Positions 27,639 through 37,753 are shown, numbered from the stretch's first letter. The stretch is 64,000 nucleotides of DNA from Bacteroidales bacterium (GCA_031257915.1 JAIRNR010000003.1:7670-71669); one strand, 5' to 3'. Notes: generated by a model from the letters alone, not told the origin. A program made the numbers and translations.

Positions 27639-28754
27639 ATGAATAAAAATATCAAAAAAAAACACATTGTATTTTCCGTAATTATATTACTGTGTTGCAC
27701 ATTTTTCGGAATGGCAACCGCTCAAAATGTAAGTGGCTTAATAGCACGTTATATTGACTGTCAGGCGGTAGTAAAGTTTAACCTGAATGCTGCAGATTCC
27801 GGCACGCAACTGACCCTGAGGTACAGTGGCGATAACGGCACAACATGGTTCACCTGTACAACCATAAGCGGCGACACAGGCGTCCAAACTTCAGGCAGCA
27901 AAACAATAGTATGGGATTGCAGAGCCGATGGGGTAGTTTACGGCGTTGTAGAATTCAGGGTTGATTATATTTCCGACTGTGATGAACAGCGATATACGGT
28001 AAAAGGCAATAATGGCGATACGGCGAGCTTCACAATGAAGTGTATAAAAGGCGGCAGTCTGTACGTTGGCAACAGTCCAAATCCATTGAGCCAAAGCCCA
28101 AATGTGGTTTTAAGCGATTTCAGCATAGGCGAATACGAGGTAACGCAGGCATTATGGTTTGCCGTGATGGGCAATTGGCCCAATACATCTCCGGATACTA
28201 CTTACGGAATGGGTGATAATTATCCTGCGTATTATGTAAACTGGTACGATGTAGTAGGTATGGATTTCTCAAATATTGGTTATACCGTAGCAGGTGTAAC
28301 ATATTATCAGGATGGCTTTTGCTATAAATTAAGCCAACTTTTGGGTGGAAATAAAAAATTCTGCCTGCCCACAGAGGCGCAGTGGGAATATGCCGCACGC
28401 GGTGGACAACAGACACATGGCTATTATTACAGTGGCAGTGATACGATAGATGATGTTGCCTGGTATGGGGACAATTCATATTCAAAAGTTCATGAAGTGG
28501 GGGGAAAAGCCGCAAACGAACTTGGTTTATATGATATGAGCGGTAATGTACTTGAATGGTGCAGTGACCGGTACGGCGGCAGCTATCCGAGTTCTGACAC
28601 AAATCCTGCGGGTGCCGGCAGTGGCGACGACCGCGTATATCGTGGTGGCTGTCGTTCAAGTGGTCGTATGCAGTGTCGTGTCCACACTCGTGGCAGCTTT
28701 GGGCCGTACCAGAACCGTGAAATCTTGGGTTTTCGGCTGGCTATGACTCAATAA
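27639..28754 (+). CDS. secreted protein with a formylglycine-generating-enzyme (SUMF1/FGE-sulfatase) fold domain
   Basis: Signal peptide. EYEVTQALWFAVMG, YPAYYVNWYD, LPTEAQWEYAARGG, NELGLYDMSGNVLEWCSD, RVYRGG. Confidence 0.8.
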   Translation: MNKNIKKKHIVFSVIILLCCTFFGMATAQNVSGLIARYIDCQAVVKFNLNAADSGTQLTLRYSGDNGTTWFTCTTISGDTGVQTSGSKTIVWDCRADGVVYGVVEFRVDYISDCDEQRYTVKGNNGDTASFTMKCIKGGSLYVGNSPNPLSQSPNVVLSDFSIGEYEVTQALWFAVMGNWPNTSPDTTYGMGDNYPAYYVNWYDVVGMDFSNIGYTVAGVTYYQDGFCYKLSQLLGGNKKFCLPTEAQWEYAARGGQQTHGYYYSGSDTIDDVAWYGDNSYSKVHEVGGKAANELGLYDMSGNVLEWCSDRYGGSYPSSDTNPAGAGSGDDRVYRGGCRSSGRMQCRVHTRGSFGPYQNREILGFRLAMTQ

Positions 28755-28779
28755 ATCAGGCGTTGTTATACTCATGTTT

Positions 28780-30147
28780 TTACTGCGTCCGTTTTCGTTG
28801 AAGCCGCAGATACCGCAAATAGCCGAGAGACAGTAAAATAATAAGCAGTGTATATAAATGCTCCGTAGTCCATGCAACAGAAATAGAGCAGTGTTGCTGT
28901 TTGATAATAAACCATGCGTACAGAATATAACATGCGATAACGATCATCTCAATTACAAATGCCTGCTTTGTTTTTTCATGTCCGATAATAACGTTAAAAA
29001 TAATTTGTGCGGCACACATAATATATGACGCTGTTGCCACGACAAGTACTGCATTTATGCTTTCACGCACAATTGAAATATCTTTTGTGAAAAGCCCGAG
29101 CAACGTATTTGAAAAAATAAAAAACGGAAGTACGATAGCTGTAATACAAATACATCCCAATAATATGCTTTTTAGAACAAGAGTATTTATAAGGGATGTT
29201 GTGTTTATTTTTTCAATGCTTTCGTGTTTTTCGCTGCGCTCGCGTCCTAAAAAATAAGCCGTAAGTGAAGCGACAGTAGAGGTAAATCCCCAAACAGGAA
29301 CTAAAAAGATGTTGTAGCAACTGCGTGTAATATTTGCAATAGCAAGTGAGCGTTGTCCCATCCCCTCAATCAAAATTAAAAAACAAAAATAAGTTCCGAA
29401 TGAAAAAAGAAATTGCAGCATAGTGGGGTAGGACACTTTCAATAATCGCCCAAGCAACGAACCGTGCAGCGGGAAACGCCGATACAGGCGATAACGTTTA
29501 TTACTTTTTGTAATTGACACCGCGAAAAATATTATAACGAATATTATCTCTGAAAATACGGAAGCAATCGCTGCGCCCTCAATGCCCATTACAGGAAAGC
29601 CTCCGTGTCCGAATACGAGTAAATAATCACCGATAATATTTATTATTCCGATAGTTATTGCTGCGTATGAAATAATTTTAGTACGTGCAATGCCTATGTA
29701 AAATGCCATAAATGACGCGCTTACAAGTGAAAATGGCAGTCCCCACATTCGCGCATCAAGATATTCCATTGTGGAGTTCAGTACAGTTTCGGATGAAACG
29801 AGCATGCTCAACAAATTTTTACCCGCGATATGATAGAGTAACAGTATAAGCAACGCCGAGCAGAACATAAAAAACGCACTGTGCTGAAAAATTCGTCCGA
29901 TACTTTTTTCGTGATTTTCGCCTTTAACGCGGGCTATGGTAATTTGTGTCCCGACGCTAAAACCAAACATAAACATAAATAGAACCTGAAAAAAAATTGT
30001 GCCGAGTGCAGCAGCTGCAAGTTCTGTTTCGCCGATATGACCGATAAACATTGTGTCGGTAATAACAACTATGTTTTGCGCAAGCTGGCTTAAAATAATC
30101 GGAAATGCTATTGCGAATATTCGTTTGTATGTTACGCGCTCATTCAT
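28780..30147 (-). CDS. MATE-family efflux transporter
   Basis: 12-TM layout. N-terminal RIFAIAFPIILSQLAQNIVVITDTMFIGHIGETELAAAALG is the MATE signature. Start moved to the MNERV Met so the gene clears the tRNA promoter. Confidence 0.9.
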   Translation of the reverse strand: MNERVTYKRIFAIAFPIILSQLAQNIVVITDTMFIGHIGETELAAAALGTIFFQVLFMFMFGFSVGTQITIARVKGENHEKSIGRIFQHSAFFMFCSALLILLLYHIAGKNLLSMLVSSETVLNSTMEYLDARMWGLPFSLVSASFMAFYIGIARTKIISYAAITIGIINIIGDYLLVFGHGGFPVMGIEGAAIASVFSEIIFVIIFFAVSITKSNKRYRLYRRFPLHGSLLGRLLKVSYPTMLQFLFSFGTYFCFLILIEGMGQRSLAIANITRSCYNIFLVPVWGFTSTVASLTAYFLGRERSEKHESIEKINTTSLINTLVLKSILLGCICITAIVLPFFIFSNTLLGLFTKDISIVRESINAVLVVATASYIMCAAQIIFNVIIGHEKTKQAFVIEMIVIACYILYAWFIIKQQHCSISVAWTTEHLYTLLIILLSLGYLRYLRLQRKRTQ

Positions 30148-30176
30148 AAATTTACAAAGATACGATGAAAATGTCT

Positions 30177-30184
30177 TATCTTTG
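30177..30184 (+). promoter_or_regulatory. -7 box TATCTTTG for tRNA-Arg
   Basis: TAnnTTTG lies 10 nt upstream of the mature tRNA 5' end. Confidence 0.5.
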
Positions 30185-30193
30185 CGCTTCAAA

Positions 30194-30265
30194 GGACCCG
30201 TAGTTCAATGGATAGAATTTCAGATTCCGGTTCTGACGATAGGCGTTCGAATCGCCTCGGGTTCA
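30194..30265 (+). tRNA. tRNA-Arg (anticodon CCG)
   Basis: Hand-folded cloverleaf: acceptor GGACCCG/CGGGTTC, D arm GTTC-AATGGATA-GAAT, anticodon arm TCAGA-TTCCGGT-TCTGA, T arm AGGCG-TTCGAAT-CGCCT, discriminator A. No encoded CCA. Confidence 0.9.
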
Positions 30266-30338
30266 CGTGGGTTGTGTCAAAAGTCACAACAGGATGTCAT
30301 CGGCAGATAAGTTTGTTGTCGGGGAAAAGGCGGAGCAA

Positions 30339-32375
30339 TCAATCCTGCACCTGCTTCAATTTCTCAATCGCTTTTAAAAATCTGTCGGCATCTAAAAACC
30401 GCAAATCGCGGGCAGCCTCATTCATAAGATACTCCAACTCGGCTATACGCTGATGTAACTTTGCGGGATCGTTCCTGATTCGGCTATTGTCGTAATTCAA
30501 AACAGGGTCGGCAACTTTGGAATACTCCATATCAGTTTCGGAATAAATACTTTTGTCTCTTTCGGCAGATACGTTATTTGTCCGGTGCAGCATATTGTCC
30601 GACGACTTGACTATTTGCTTCGGTGTAATATTGTGTGCCTTGTTGTATGCCTTTTGTTTGGTGCGCCGCCGCTCTGTTTCGTCAATTGTTTCGCGCATGG
30701 CATCTGTAATTTTATCGGCATAAAAAATCACTTTGCTGTTTATATTGCGTGCAGCGCGTCCCGCTGTCTGTGTAAGAGCGCGTCCTGAGCGCAGAAAACC
30801 CTCTTTATCCGCATCCAAAATTGCAACGAGTGCCACTTCGGGTAAATCAAGCCCTTCACGCAAAAGATTTACGCCGATAAGTACGTCAATTCTCCCTGCA
30901 CGTAAATCCTGCAATATTTCCACACGTTCAAGAGTGTCAACGTCCGAATGAATATACCGGCAGCGAATATCAAGTCTTGCCATATATACACTCAGTTCTT
31001 CCGCCATTTTTTTTGTAAGCGTAGTAACGAGAACACGCTCGCCGTTATCCTGCGTAACGCGCTTTATCTCTTCAAGCAAATCGTCCACCTGATTACCTGC
31101 GGGGTGAACTTCAATCGGCGGGTCAAGCAATCCTGTGGGGCGGACAACCTGCTCTACAACAACGCCGGCTGCTTTCTTCAACTCATACTCCGCAGGTGTA
31201 GCACTGACATAAACAGTTTGCGGGGTAAGATGTTCAAACTCGTCAAACGTAAGCGGACGATTATCAAGTGCAGCCGGAAGACGAAAGCCGTATTCTACGA
31301 GATTTACCTTGCGTGAGCGGTCGCCTCCGTACATTGCCCTGATTTGCGGTACGGTAACGTGGCTTTCATCAATAATCATTAAAAAATCGTCTGAAAAATA
31401 ATCGAGCAAACAGTAGGGGCGTGTACCTGCCTCGCGTCCGTCAAAATAGCGTGAATAATTCTCAATACCTGTGCAGTAACCGAGTTCTTTTATCATTTCA
31501 ACATCGTATGTAACCCTGTCTTCAATGCGTTTTGCTTCAAGCGGCCGTCCTGTCTCGCGGAAAAAATCAATCTGTCTGCCCAAATCAAGTTGAATATCTT
31601 TAATTGCCTGTTGGATACGATGAGAAGACGGCACAAACATATTTGCGGGGTAAATGCGCAAATCGTCTAACTCCTCAAAAACCGCACCGCTTTCGGGGTC
31701 AATTTTTTGCAGTCGTTCAATCTTATTATCAAAATTTATAATGCGGTATGCATAATTATCGTAGGCAACAAAAACGTCAAGCGTATCGCCTTTAACACGG
31801 AATTTACCGCGTCCGAAATCAACTTCGTTGCGTGAATATAAAACACTCACAAGCCGCAGCATAATATCGTGCTGTTCTATTCGCTGTCCTCGTGAGAGCA
31901 TTATGATATTGTCGTGATAATCTGTGGGATTGCCGGTACCGTAGATACATGATACGGACGATACGATGATTAAATCCCTGCGTCCGGAAAGTAATGCCGA
32001 CAGCGCACTTAACCGCAGTTTATCAATCTCTTCATTTATGGATAAATCTTTTTCAATATATGTATTGCTTGACGGCAGATATGCTTCGGGCTGATAATAG
32101 TCGTAGTATGAAACGTAATATTCAACGGCATTTTCGGGGAAGAAATGCTTGAACTCACTGTACAGTTGCGCCGCAAGCGTTTTATTATGACTTAACACGA
32201 GTGTCGGCATTCCTGTTTGCCGTATAACATTCGCAATTGTAAACGTTTTGCCGCTGCCTGTAACGCCGACTAATACCTGTGCGTTATCACCCCTTTTTAT
32301 ACCCTGCGTAAGTTGCCGTATTGCCTCCGGCTGGTCGCCTGCGGGAGTAAATTCACTGTTGAGTTTGTATTGCAT
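30339..32375 (-). CDS. uvrB: excinuclease ABC subunit B
   Basis: GVTGSGKTFT Walker A, DESH box, helicase motifs, and the C-terminal UVR domain (LEYLMNEAARDLRFLDADRFLKAIEKL). Confidence 0.97.
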   Translation of the reverse strand: MQYKLNSEFTPAGDQPEAIRQLTQGIKRGDNAQVLVGVTGSGKTFTIANVIRQTGMPTLVLSHNKTLAAQLYSEFKHFFPENAVEYYVSYYDYYQPEAYLPSSNTYIEKDLSINEEIDKLRLSALSALLSGRRDLIIVSSVSCIYGTGNPTDYHDNIIMLSRGQRIEQHDIMLRLVSVLYSRNEVDFGRGKFRVKGDTLDVFVAYDNYAYRIINFDNKIERLQKIDPESGAVFEELDDLRIYPANMFVPSSHRIQQAIKDIQLDLGRQIDFFRETGRPLEAKRIEDRVTYDVEMIKELGYCTGIENYSRYFDGREAGTRPYCLLDYFSDDFLMIIDESHVTVPQIRAMYGGDRSRKVNLVEYGFRLPAALDNRPLTFDEFEHLTPQTVYVSATPAEYELKKAAGVVVEQVVRPTGLLDPPIEVHPAGNQVDDLLEEIKRVTQDNGERVLVTTLTKKMAEELSVYMARLDIRCRYIHSDVDTLERVEILQDLRAGRIDVLIGVNLLREGLDLPEVALVAILDADKEGFLRSGRALTQTAGRAARNINSKVIFYADKITDAMRETIDETERRRTKQKAYNKAHNITPKQIVKSSDNMLHRTNNVSAERDKSIYSETDMEYSKVADPVLNYDNSRIRNDPAKLHQRIAELEYLMNEAARDLRFLDADRFLKAIEKLKQVQD

Positions 32376-32380
32376 AATAG

Positions 32381-33730
32381 TTAGACAAAGGTATTAAAAA
32401 AATACTCTCGCCATTGAGATATTGCATATAGCGGTATAATTTTTACATCAGGTAACTGTCCGAAATTTTCCAGCGAGCTGCGAATACCGTAAGGCACGTT
32501 TTTTTCTTTCATAAAAAGAAACATACTTTGCATGGAACCCTTTGTACCCGATTTTATTTCAAGAGGAATTATATTCTTATCAATATTCAGCAGAAAATCA
32601 ACTTCAGCGTTACTGTTTCGCTGTTCCCTCTGCCAGTAAAATAAACTGTTTTTAATCGTGTTCGGAAATGACTTTACAAGTTCCAGTCCCGCAAAAAGTT
32701 CAGCTATTGCACCTTTGTTAATCTGTTCAAGAGATGTGCCTGTAAGCATGTCGGACATATCCATTTGCAAATATCTGTTATAAACTCCCGTATCAAAAAC
32801 AAGATATTTTGTATATTTCGGATTTTTCTCTGCTGCAAGCGGTATTCCGTTTGCCGACGAGTGTGTTACGGAATAAATTATCCCTGCCTGTTTTAATAGA
32901 TTTAAAGCATCTTTTATTTGGTAGATATTAGCGTACTCTGCGGCATTAGAGTACATGTATTTCCTGCCCATCTGTCCCAAAACAGTTTCAAAAATATCTC
33001 TTATTCTTGAAGCAGGGACACGGTCTTTATATTTTGAAAAATCATCATCTAATGTATTTATAAATTCATCCAGTACTTTTTGACATTCATAAATTGATTT
33101 CGTTTCGGCATATTTTGCAACAACTTCAGGCATACCGCCAATAATAATAAAGGTTATAAGTTCTTTTAACAATATTTTATGTGTTGTCTCGCTTAATGGT
33201 TTTTCGGGCGATGCCTGCATCATTTTTTCATGTAGATTTTTTTTACCTGTCCCTTGCAAAAATTCCGAAAAAGAAAAAGGCGTCATAAATAGTGAGTGAA
33301 TGCGCCCGACGCCGAAAGAAGGTATTTGCTGTAAGGCAAATTCAAGTAAAGAACCTGCCGCAACAACGTGTAAGTCGGGCATTTCCTCATAAAAATATCG
33401 GAGTGAAGATATTGCAGGCAAGCACGACTGTATTTCATCAAGAAAGAGTAAGGTTTTTTCAGGGACAACAGGAATATTGTAGATTATAGATAATTCATCA
33501 CACAACTCCTTTATTGACAAGTCCTTTTCAAATAATTCCTTAGCAATTCTGTTTGAACGCTTTTCAAAATCAATTTCAATATAATATTCAAACAGTTTGG
33601 ATAACTCCCTGATAGCAGAAGATTTTCCAATCTGCCTCGCTCCGCGTACCAGCAGTGGTTTTCTGTTCTTTGATTTTGCCCAAGCCGTAAAATCAGCGTC
33701 AACATTACGTTTAAGATATTCTTTCTGCAT
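32381..33730 (-). CDS. AAA_14 / DUF4143-type ATPase
   Basis: Walker A GARQIGKSS, Walker B LLFLDEIQ, and a C-terminal EVDFLL...IPLEIK restriction-endonuclease-like tail typical of DUF4143. A TATATTTG box lies upstream on the minus strand. Confidence 0.8.
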   Translation of the reverse strand: MQKEYLKRNVDADFTAWAKSKNRKPLLVRGARQIGKSSAIRELSKLFEYYIEIDFEKRSNRIAKELFEKDLSIKELCDELSIIYNIPVVPEKTLLFLDEIQSCLPAISSLRYFYEEMPDLHVVAAGSLLEFALQQIPSFGVGRIHSLFMTPFSFSEFLQGTGKKNLHEKMMQASPEKPLSETTHKILLKELITFIIIGGMPEVVAKYAETKSIYECQKVLDEFINTLDDDFSKYKDRVPASRIRDIFETVLGQMGRKYMYSNAAEYANIYQIKDALNLLKQAGIIYSVTHSSANGIPLAAEKNPKYTKYLVFDTGVYNRYLQMDMSDMLTGTSLEQINKGAIAELFAGLELVKSFPNTIKNSLFYWQREQRNSNAEVDFLLNIDKNIIPLEIKSGTKGSMQSMFLFMKEKNVPYGIRSSLENFGQLPDVKIIPLYAISQWREYFFNTFV

Positions 33731-33890
33731 AAACATATCATATTTAGGATATGCAAATATACATATTTTTTAAAAAATACAAGGCAATAATATGTTATAA
33801 ATTTAGAAAATACAAGGCAATGTGTGTTGGCGTGAACATTACAGACTTGGGTAAGAAGTTGTATTACTTTCAAGTATTACACCTGCACGC

Positions 33891-34499
33891 TTAAATACTC
33901 ACAAAATATTTATCCGTATTTATCAAATAGAAATCAACATCATTGATTTTATCAAATTTATAGATATTCTCTATTGTCGTGTTTATCGCTGACTGTGATG
34001 TTTTCTCTAATAAAAATGTCCAAAATATAATTATGGTATAATTTTTACTTGAATCTGATTTTATTTCGTTATAAATTTTGGCGTAATCATACAACTTTAT
34101 TGGTATCGTGTCTGTTTCAACGGCTGTTGCAGGTAAGAAACACGAAAATCTGTTATCGGTATTCCAGTCAATACGTGTAAATTTTCCTTTTGCAAAACAA
34201 TTATTATGATAAGATTTCAATATATTTTTTTCAAAATATAATATTTGAACAGGCTGTCCTAAAAGATGCCTCTGTTGGGCATTTCTTCCTGAATTGATAA
34301 TCTGTTTGTATTGGGTTGAGTCACTAATAAGAGAAACAAAATGTATTTGTTTTTTTATTTTTGAGATACTGTTTGCATATTTATCTTCATCAAAATAACT
34401 TATTTCATGAACTCCGTAAATTTTAGACATCAGTACAGAACAACCTGAAAATAGAATAACTGCTATAATCATTAACAGTAATGTTTTTATTCTGTTCAT
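33891..34499 (-). CDS. hypothetical lipoprotein
   Basis: Lipobox ILFSGCS. No family recognised. AT-rich. Confidence 0.5.
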   Translation of the reverse strand: MNRIKTLLLMIIAVILFSGCSVLMSKIYGVHEISYFDEDKYANSISKIKKQIHFVSLISDSTQYKQIINSGRNAQQRHLLGQPVQILYFEKNILKSYHNNCFAKGKFTRIDWNTDNRFSCFLPATAVETDTIPIKLYDYAKIYNEIKSDSSKNYTIIIFWTFLLEKTSQSAINTTIENIYKFDKINDVDFYLINTDKYFVSI

Positions 34500-34848
34500 T
34501 AGTTTTGCAATTTATATGTTGTGAAAATGCCGGCGATAGGATTTACGAATTTGATTTTTTTTTGTTGTTAGATTATTTGAAATTGTACTTTTGCAAAGGT
34601 AATATTTTATGTTATTTTTGTTACTTATTTAATGGGCATGGTAACATTAGTACAGCAAATCGTACGATATTGATTATTAGATATATCAACAATATACCTT
34701 TAATCAAAAATCAGAAATATTATATATTATTATAGTGAAATACAGACAATTTCAATACGTTAATCCGGAACAAATGTCGAAAACACCAAAACTTCACCAA
34801 ATAATAAGTATCTTTGCAATGAAGTTTTATCACTCTGATTGCAGTAGT

Positions 34849-35823
34849 ATGAATAGAAAATTATCTGATTTTCAATCGACGTTTCCATGCAGCGGCAATG
34901 CTTGCAAGCGGTCATTGCTATCCCTGCTTAAACGAAACGTTTGTCTTTTTATTATTTTGTTCTGTTGCTCTTTTGTTACAAGAGCAGAAGAATTTGATTG
35001 TACTCTGAAAGTGACGGTAAGCAATCAAATAAATGTTACAAATAAAAAGGTTTTTGAGCAGTTGGAAAAAGCACTTTCGCTTTTTGTAAATGGCAGAAAA
35101 TGGACGACACTTTCATTCAAGCCGGGTGAAAAAATTATTTGCAATATAATTGTAGATGTACAGAAATACGACTTGCAGCGTGGTTTAATGGACTGTTATC
35201 TTTCGGTGCAACTTCGCCGTCCGGTATTTAACACATCGTATTCTACGACTATTCTTAATACAATAGACAGAGATTATTCTTTTCATTATGTAGAAAACGA
35301 CCCGATAGAATATTCCGATGAAAATATCGGAACAAATCTTACGGCAACAATTTCGTATTATTGCTATTTGATGCTCGGCTTGTACTTTGATTCTTTCGGT
35401 TATCGTTCAGGTGAAAATTTCTTTGACGCAGCCCGCAATGTTGTAAACCTTGCACAAAGTTTTTCCGAAAAAGGATGGAAAGCCGTTGAAAGCAATAATC
35501 GCAACCGCTATAATACGATAGAAAGTTACGCAAACGGAAATTATTCTGCAATTCACGAAGTTTTTTATAATTATTACCGTCAGGGTTTGGATAATATGTA
35601 TGATGATCCCGCTAATGGGAGAGAGGGGATTATTGAAGCATTGCAGACATTGAAAAAATTAGACGAACAGCGTGCCAATCTGCCGTCAAAATTGTCTTTT
35701 ATGGAAGCAAAGTCAGATGAACTCATAAATATTTTTAAGGAATCATCGCCTGATGAAAAAAAAGCAGCGGGCGAGTTACTCAAAGCCCTTGACCCTGCGG
35801 GCAGTAATAAGTATAATTTTTAA
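34849..35823 (+). CDS. DUF4835-family protein (family annotated in some resources as T9SS-associated PorD; recalled from memory)
   Basis: Signal peptide then EEFDCTLKVTVSNQ...NKKVFEQLEKAL..FVNGRKWT...RRPVFNTSY...YYCYLMLGLYFDSF...NRY...YRQGLD. Start chosen at the Met about 35 nt downstream of a TATCTTTG box (about 34808-34815). Confidence 0.55.
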   Translation: MNRKLSDFQSTFPCSGNACKRSLLSLLKRNVCLFIILFCCSFVTRAEEFDCTLKVTVSNQINVTNKKVFEQLEKALSLFVNGRKWTTLSFKPGEKIICNIIVDVQKYDLQRGLMDCYLSVQLRRPVFNTSYSTTILNTIDRDYSFHYVENDPIEYSDENIGTNLTATISYYCYLMLGLYFDSFGYRSGENFFDAARNVVNLAQSFSEKGWKAVESNNRNRYNTIESYANGNYSAIHEVFYNYYRQGLDNMYDDPANGREGIIEALQTLKKLDEQRANLPSKLSFMEAKSDELINIFKESSPDEKKAAGELLKALDPAGSNKYNF

Positions 35824-35906
35824 TGATAAAGTGAACATGTCGGAAGTTAAAAAATTGCAGGTCAGGTCCGCGATAACGACTGTTCGGATACAAAATTTAT
35901 AAGCGT

Positions 35907-37220
35907 ATGAAGATTACGATAGTAGGAACAGGCTATGTAGGTCTTGTGACAGGTGTATGTTTTGCCGAAGTAGGCATTGACGTTTGTTGTGTTGATGTTG
36001 ATAAAGAAAAAATAGTCAAATTAAAAAAGGGTATCTCACCCATCTATGAGCAGGGTTTGGAGGAAATGCTGCTCAATAATATTGAAAGAGGGCGGATTAC
36101 TTTTTCCGATTCTCTGAAAGAGGGGATGAAAGATGCGGAAGTTATTTTTTCTGCCGTAGGCACTCCGCCTGACGAAGACGGCAGTGCGGATTTGCGCTAT
36201 GTTCTTGATGTCGCTCACGAGATAGGGCGCAATATGAACGAATACGTTCTTGTTGTAACAAAAAGTACCGTTCCTGTCGGTACTGCCGAAAAAGTACGTG
36301 TGGCAATAGAAGAAGAACTTACTGCAAGGGGTGTTGATATTAAGTTTGACATTGCATCAAATCCCGAATTTTTAAAAGAAGGTACGGCAATAAATGATTT
36401 TATGTACCCTGAAAGAATTGTTGTCGGCGTAAGTTCTATTCGCGGACAGGAAGTAATGGCACGTCTTTACAAACCGTTTACTCTTAATGGTCATCCTATA
36501 ATTTTTATGGATATTCCGTCTGCCGAAATGACCAAATATGCCGCGAACTCAATGCTTGCAACCCGAATCAGTTTTATGAACGACATTGCTAATTTGTGCG
36601 AACTTGTGGGAGCTGATGTTAATGCAGTGCGTAAGGGTATAGGTAGCGATACTCGTATAGGCAGTAAATTTTTATACCCGGGTATTGGCTATGGGGGCAG
36701 TTGCTTTCCGAAAGATGTGAAAGCACTTATTAAAACTGCTTCCGACAACAATTATAAAATGGGGGTTTTGTCTGCTGTTGAGGAAGTGAATGAAACGCAG
36801 AAATCGCTGATGTTTCATAAATTTATGGCTCACTTTGACGGTAAAGTTAAAGGTATGACCGTTGGTTTTTGGGGTTTGGCATTTAAGCCCGGCACGGACG
36901 ACATGCGTGAAGCACCATCGCTTGTAATGATAGAAAAACTTCGTAAGGCAGGTGTCAATATACGTGCATACGATCCTGTATCAATGCCCGAAAGCAAACG
37001 CCGCATAGGTAATGCAATTACATATTGTAAAGATATGTATGAAACGGCTTATAAGGTAGATGCACTTTTCCTGATTACCGAGTGGACAGAGTTTCGTTTT
37101 CCGGACTGGAAAAAAATTGCTTCTAATTTAAAAAACAAAGTGTTTTTTGATGGTCGCAATCTCTACGAGAAAAAAGAACTGCAACAGGAAGGATTTACTT
37201 ATTACGGCGTTGGGTTGTAG
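35907..37220 (+). CDS. ugd: UDP-glucose 6-dehydrogenase
   Basis: MKITIVGTGYVGLVTG Rossmann fold, catalytic GYGGSCFPKD, and the C-terminal UDP-binding domain. Confidence 0.93.
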   Translation: MKITIVGTGYVGLVTGVCFAEVGIDVCCVDVDKEKIVKLKKGISPIYEQGLEEMLLNNIERGRITFSDSLKEGMKDAEVIFSAVGTPPDEDGSADLRYVLDVAHEIGRNMNEYVLVVTKSTVPVGTAEKVRVAIEEELTARGVDIKFDIASNPEFLKEGTAINDFMYPERIVVGVSSIRGQEVMARLYKPFTLNGHPIIFMDIPSAEMTKYAANSMLATRISFMNDIANLCELVGADVNAVRKGIGSDTRIGSKFLYPGIGYGGSCFPKDVKALIKTASDNNYKMGVLSAVEEVNETQKSLMFHKFMAHFDGKVKGMTVGFWGLAFKPGTDDMREAPSLVMIEKLRKAGVNIRAYDPVSMPESKRRIGNAITYCKDMYETAYKVDALFLITEWTEFRFPDWKKIASNLKNKVFFDGRNLYEKKELQQEGFTYYGVGL

Positions 37221-37223
37221 TTG

Positions 37224-37332
37224 CAGGGCTAACGCGTTTATAATGCTTATTCTTGATGAAAATTTATAAAAATTTGCGTTTGTAATTTATTCGTTATCAA
37301 CAAATTAACTTGTTTAAATGTGTTGACCCTCG
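37224..37332. mobile_element. MITE-like element (~105 bp) with imperfect 17-18 bp terminal inverted repeats and a 9-bp target duplication
   Basis: Arms AGGGCTAACGCGTTTATA (37225-) and TTTAAATGTGTTGACCCT (-37330). TTGTAGTTG flanks both ends (37215-37223 and 37333-37341). No ORF inside. Confidence 0.7.
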
Positions 37333-37387
37333 TTGTAGTTGAAATTTCAAATAAAAACAAGTATCTTTGTATGAGATTTCAAATATT

Positions 37388-37708
37388 ATGGTGCAAAAGA
37401 ATGACACTTTTTCTTTACGTCTAAAAAAAATAATGCCTGAAGTTGGTGAGAATATTAAACTGGCACGGCTTCGGCGGGGGTTTTCTGCGGCACTTATAGC
37501 CGAGAGAGCAAACATAGCAACATCAACATTATGGCTAATTGAAAAGGGTAGCGGAAGCGTATCTTTTGGAAGTTACGCAAAAGTACTGTTTGTTCTCGGA
37601 TTAGAAAAAGATTTGCTGCACCTTGCAAAAGACGACATACTTGGAAGAAAATTGCAAGATGCAGAGATATTAACCAAAAAACGTGCGCCAAAACGAATGA
37701 TTGTATGA
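37388..37708 (+). CDS. XRE-family HTH regulator, HipB-like (orphan)
   Basis: VGENIKLARLRRGFSAALIAERANIATSTLWLIEKG is an HTH_3 motif. A TATCTTTG box lies about 25 nt upstream. Confidence 0.75.
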   Translation: MVQKNDTFSLRLKKIMPEVGENIKLARLRRGFSAALIAERANIATSTLWLIEKGSGSVSFGSYAKVLFVLGLEKDLLHLAKDDILGRKLQDAEILTKKRAPKRMIV

Positions 37709-37753
37709 AGAAGTTGCAGAATAATGTACCCCAATTTTAAGATCAATAGTCAA

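Noticed and set aside
30194-30338. tRNA-Arg as an integration hotspot for a genomic island
   Set aside because: I found no duplicated tRNA 3' end downstream, no integrase adjacent, and both neighbours (the MATE pump and uvrB) look like core genes.
34735-34848. N-terminal 38 codons of the ORF-track model for the DUF4835-like gene
   Set aside because: A TATCTTTG -7 box lies inside this stretch (about 34808-34815), so transcription probably starts after it. The Met at 34849 is followed by a plausible signal peptide, whereas the upstream residues are not signal-like.
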